Shown here in pieces: positions 63,396 through 64,000 of a stretch of DNA of 64,000 bases. The notes below the pieces were generated by a model, which was not told the origin of the DNA, did not search any database, and worked only from the letters and a program-made list of their open reading frames with translations. Position 1 is the stretch's first letter; the number at the start of each line of letters is the position of its first letter. Origin of the DNA: an uncultured Verrucomicrobiales bacterium (GTDB taxonomy: Bacteria > Verrucomicrobiota > Verrucomicrobiia > Verrucomicrobiales > DEV007); the NCBI GenBank assembly GCA_938091905.1, contig CALKOM010000001.1:32001-96000 (forward strand), in the 5' to 3' direction. A program made the position numbers and the translations under genes.

Positions 63396-64000
63396 GGTGT
63401 CAGGGTCTCCTTTCTCAATTGCGCGCTGATACTCTGGATGTCGGCTACCCGCTGCTTTGAGATGACGCCTTCGTCGGTCATCAGTGGTTGTAGCTTGTCC
63501 AGACCAGCGATGATCTTCTTCATCCGTGGGCTTTTCTGAAAGCTTCGCACTTCTTTAAAAGTGGTTGTGAAATGGTCTAACAACTGAGGCTGATGAAGAA
63601 TTTCTGATTTCTTGGCACTGTAGTCTCGGTTGATGAGCGCGGTGATGATTTCGGTTCCTCGAATCCAGCCTCCTACACTGACGCATTGCGCAAGGTCTTG
63701 GTCGCGACGCTTCTCCATTTCATCGCGGACAGTTTGGCGTGTGGCGTCAAATTCTTCGCGGACGGCGCTCCAGTCGCCATCGTTAGCTTCATCGATGATG
63801 GCCTTTGTGTGCTTGATCACGGCACTCCTTAATCCTAACTCTTCCGCAACTGAAAGCACGGTACGACCGATGGAGCGGATCGCTTCGCGGTCCTGCGCTT
63901 CGACCGCGAGGAACCCCTCGGCCACCACGCGTCCCAGAAAGAGCGCGTACTGATTTCGATCTCTGCAGGTTTCCCTCTCCGGGACCTTGAGCTCATCACG
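63392..64000 (-). CDS. Hypothetical helical protein (5' end beyond the window)
   Basis: Frame is open from the window edge (RDELKVPERE...) to the stop at 63392. Confidence 0.7.
   Translation of the reverse strand, partial: RDELKVPERETCRDRNQYALFLGRVVAEGFLAVEAQDREAIRSIGRTVLSVAEELGLRSAVIKHTKAIIDEANDGDWSAVREEFDATRQTVRDEMEKRRDQDLAQCVSVGGWIRGTEIITALINRDYSAKKSEILHQPQLLDHFTTTFKEVRSFQKSPRMKKIIAGLDKLQPLMTDEGVISKQRVADIQSISAQLRKETLTP

Overview
Gene-dense bacterial chromosome segment, most likely from a member of the Verrucomicrobiota (PVC superphylum). The assignment is inferred from two PEP-CTERM proteins, four DUF1501 and three DUF1549/DUF1553 genes, a double-length UvrA, dapL, and a large secreted LamG/PA14 protein. 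No rRNA, tRNA, CRISPR array or mobile element was recognised. Housekeeping genes include uvrA, fabF, dapL, gdhA, an FKBP PPIase and yjbQ. Top finding: two minus-strand ORFs (FG-GAP beta-propeller, 57981-59768, and ASPIC/UnbV-thioredoxin-TPR, 56022-57959) share one frame and are separated by a single TGA. A 17-nt hairpin begins exactly 11 nt after that TGA and closely resembles the E. coli fdhF SECIS, suggesting one secreted selenoprotein of about 1248 aa, located directly downstream of a BlaI-type repressor. Two local patches of gene decay are also visible: a sugar-acid catabolic operon (17.8-20.2 kb) and a WD40 plus L,D-transpeptidase pair (50.3-53.1 kb). All family assignments come from motif recognition by eye; no database searches were run.
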